In this document: positions 62,321 to 64,000 of the stretch, piece by piece
Position numbering within the stretch: the first letter of the stretch is position 1
Layout: the number at the start of each line of letters is the position of its first letter
From: Macrostomum lignano
Lineage: Eukaryota
DNA: 64,000 bases
Direction of reading: 5' to 3'
Assembly: GCA_002269645.1 (NCBI GenBank)
Contig: NIVC01002050.1
Span: 62,001 to 126,000, forward strand
Program-made: the position numbers and the translations under genes
Notes under the pieces: generated by a model
What the model saw: the letters and a program-made list of their open reading frames with translations, nothing else
Databases searched by the model: none
Told to the model about the DNA's origin: nothing

Positions 62321-63171
62321 CTTAGCGGCTCTGCTGAAAAAAGCAGATCATTTTACTGTTTCTACGTGACTTCGAACTATGAGCAATCTTAGACAAACTT
62401 ACTTAATTACTCGTATCTTTTATTAAAAAAATAAATTTTAATAAATTTTAAAGTGGGTGGTTTTGAACTATTAAAACAGACAGTGCTTACTAACCTGCGT
62501 ATATTTCAAACTATTTTTATATTTATATAAAAATATCTATTATCACAGTCGTTTAGAAGGTGGAGAAGCACTGCAGACTTTATAGAATAGTGAATGAATT
62601 TATATAGAGAATCAATAAACAGGTCAGGAAGGTGGTGCAGTCACGTGATGCGATGCGCAACGGAGTAAAGTACATTTTACTAAGGCGAATAGGCACAGTA
62701 TCTAAAAACCAATTCCGTTTAAAGATAACGGATCAAGACACAGCGGAGTTCAAGTGGATGCATCTTGTGAGTATAAAAAATCGCCTACTGAAGAGTAGCA
62801 AAGAACTTTGAACGTGTGTGTCCACTCGCAAAAATGCGCTTATGTACTCTTTTCAGTAGCAGCTTAGGGTTTTTGCCTTTTAATAAGAAGTAAAAGTAAA
62901 TATTATTCTTAATATTTTACTATTATTTTCTGTTTTTAAGACTGCAACAATCGCGTTTGGCTTTCTACAAGCAGACGCAATAAATTAGCTTCTTCATCCT
63001 GTTTTAGAGACTTCAGAGTCAGACTAACTCAAACTCGAAATTACTCGTATTTGAAAAGGAATTATTTCAAAACCGGATTGCAAGAAAACTTGAAAAAAAA
63101 TCCGCGAGCAAAAAAGATAAACAGTTGGGCTTCCCTCTTGTCGGCTTGTGACGGACTTTGGTCTTATTTCC

Positions 63172-63696
63172 TTACTGCTCTGATTGGCTGAGCTAGATTG
63201 GGCCTGCCTCCTAGACTGAGTTTCGTCCGTCTGATTTTGCCCTCTCCTTACTGCTCTCTTATTGGCTGAGCTAGATTGGGCCTGCCCCCTAGACTGAGTT
63301 TCGTCCGTCTGATTTTGCCCTCTCTCCTTACTGCTCTCTCATTGGCTGAGCTAGATTGGGCCTGCCCCCTAGACTGAGTTTCGTCCGTCTGATTTTGCCC
63401 TCTCTCCTTACTGCTCTCTCATTGGCTGAGCTAGATTGGGCCTGCCCCCTAGACTGAGTTTCGTCCGTCTGATTTTGCCCTCTCTCCTTACTGCTCTCTC
63501 ATTGGCTGAGCTAGATTGGGCCTGCCTCCTAGACTGAGTTTTGTCCGTCTGATTTTGCCCTCTCTCCTTACTGCTCTCTCATTGGTTGAGCTAGATTGGG
63601 CCTGCCCCCTAGACTGAGTTTCGTCCGTTTGATTTTGCCCTCTCTCCTTACTGCTCTCTCATTGGCTGAGCTAGATTGGGCCTGCCTCCTAGACTG
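63172..63696. repeat. 80-bp tandem repeat (~6.5 copies), each carrying a CCAAT box
   Basis: Period 80 (63294 to 63374); unit contains ATTGGCTGAG (AGCCAAT on the minus strand). Confidence 0.95.
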
Positions 63697-64000
63697 TTCC
63701 AAGCCTAAGTCTGCCATGTACATTTCAGATGGCACTGGCTAATGAACATTACGGCTGCACCAATTATCTGATAGCAACTTGTTTGCGCCTGCAATCTTAC
63801 TTTTGAAAACTCAAATGTTCGAATACAGAAAATCGTATACTATCTAGTACTCGTATTTATCTACAGTCCATATTGAAAGCCTTCAGTAATTTTTTTTCAA
63901 CTCAACAACAATTCTGTTGCTCAATAACCGCTAGAAATGAAACTGAATTTATGCTCGTAGTTAATGTGAATAACAGATAGTTTCGTTGATTATCTAACAC

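Overview
Eukaryotic (animal) genomic DNA: GC-rich exons, AT-rich spacers and minisatellite-filled introns. This style suggests a free-living flatworm such as Macrostomum, but that is an unverified inference. Six protein-coding genes could be reconstructed by hand with phase-consistent GT-AG introns: (1) a tandem-C2 synaptotagmin-like gene (-, 2527-11388); (2) a complete major vault protein (+, 6 exons, 861 aa); (3) an intronless universal stress protein (-); (4) an intronless Sec61-gamma (+); (5) a myristoylated Abl-family tyrosine kinase (+, 8 exons, about 740 aa) with an Ala gatekeeper and a remodelled SH2-kinase linker; (6) a 3xLOTUS+Tudor TDRD5/Tejas-like germ-granule gene (-) with a coding QDYE minisatellite. 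Mobile DNA includes a full-length 5.9-kb Loa-like LINE with an 11-bp target-site duplication and two 1-nt frameshifts. A diverged relative of this LINE ends at the window start and shares a structurally conserved 3' UTR and AAGTC tail. Also present are a decayed Ty3/Gypsy in abl intron 1, a mosaic of LINE fragments antisense in a tdrd intron, a 1.67-kb CCC...GGG non-autonomous DNA transposon inserted into a minisatellite, several MITEs, a tRNA-derived SINE and over 15 tandem arrays. No CRISPR, rRNA or intact tRNA was seen. All calls were made by eye with no database search, and repeat boundaries are approximate.
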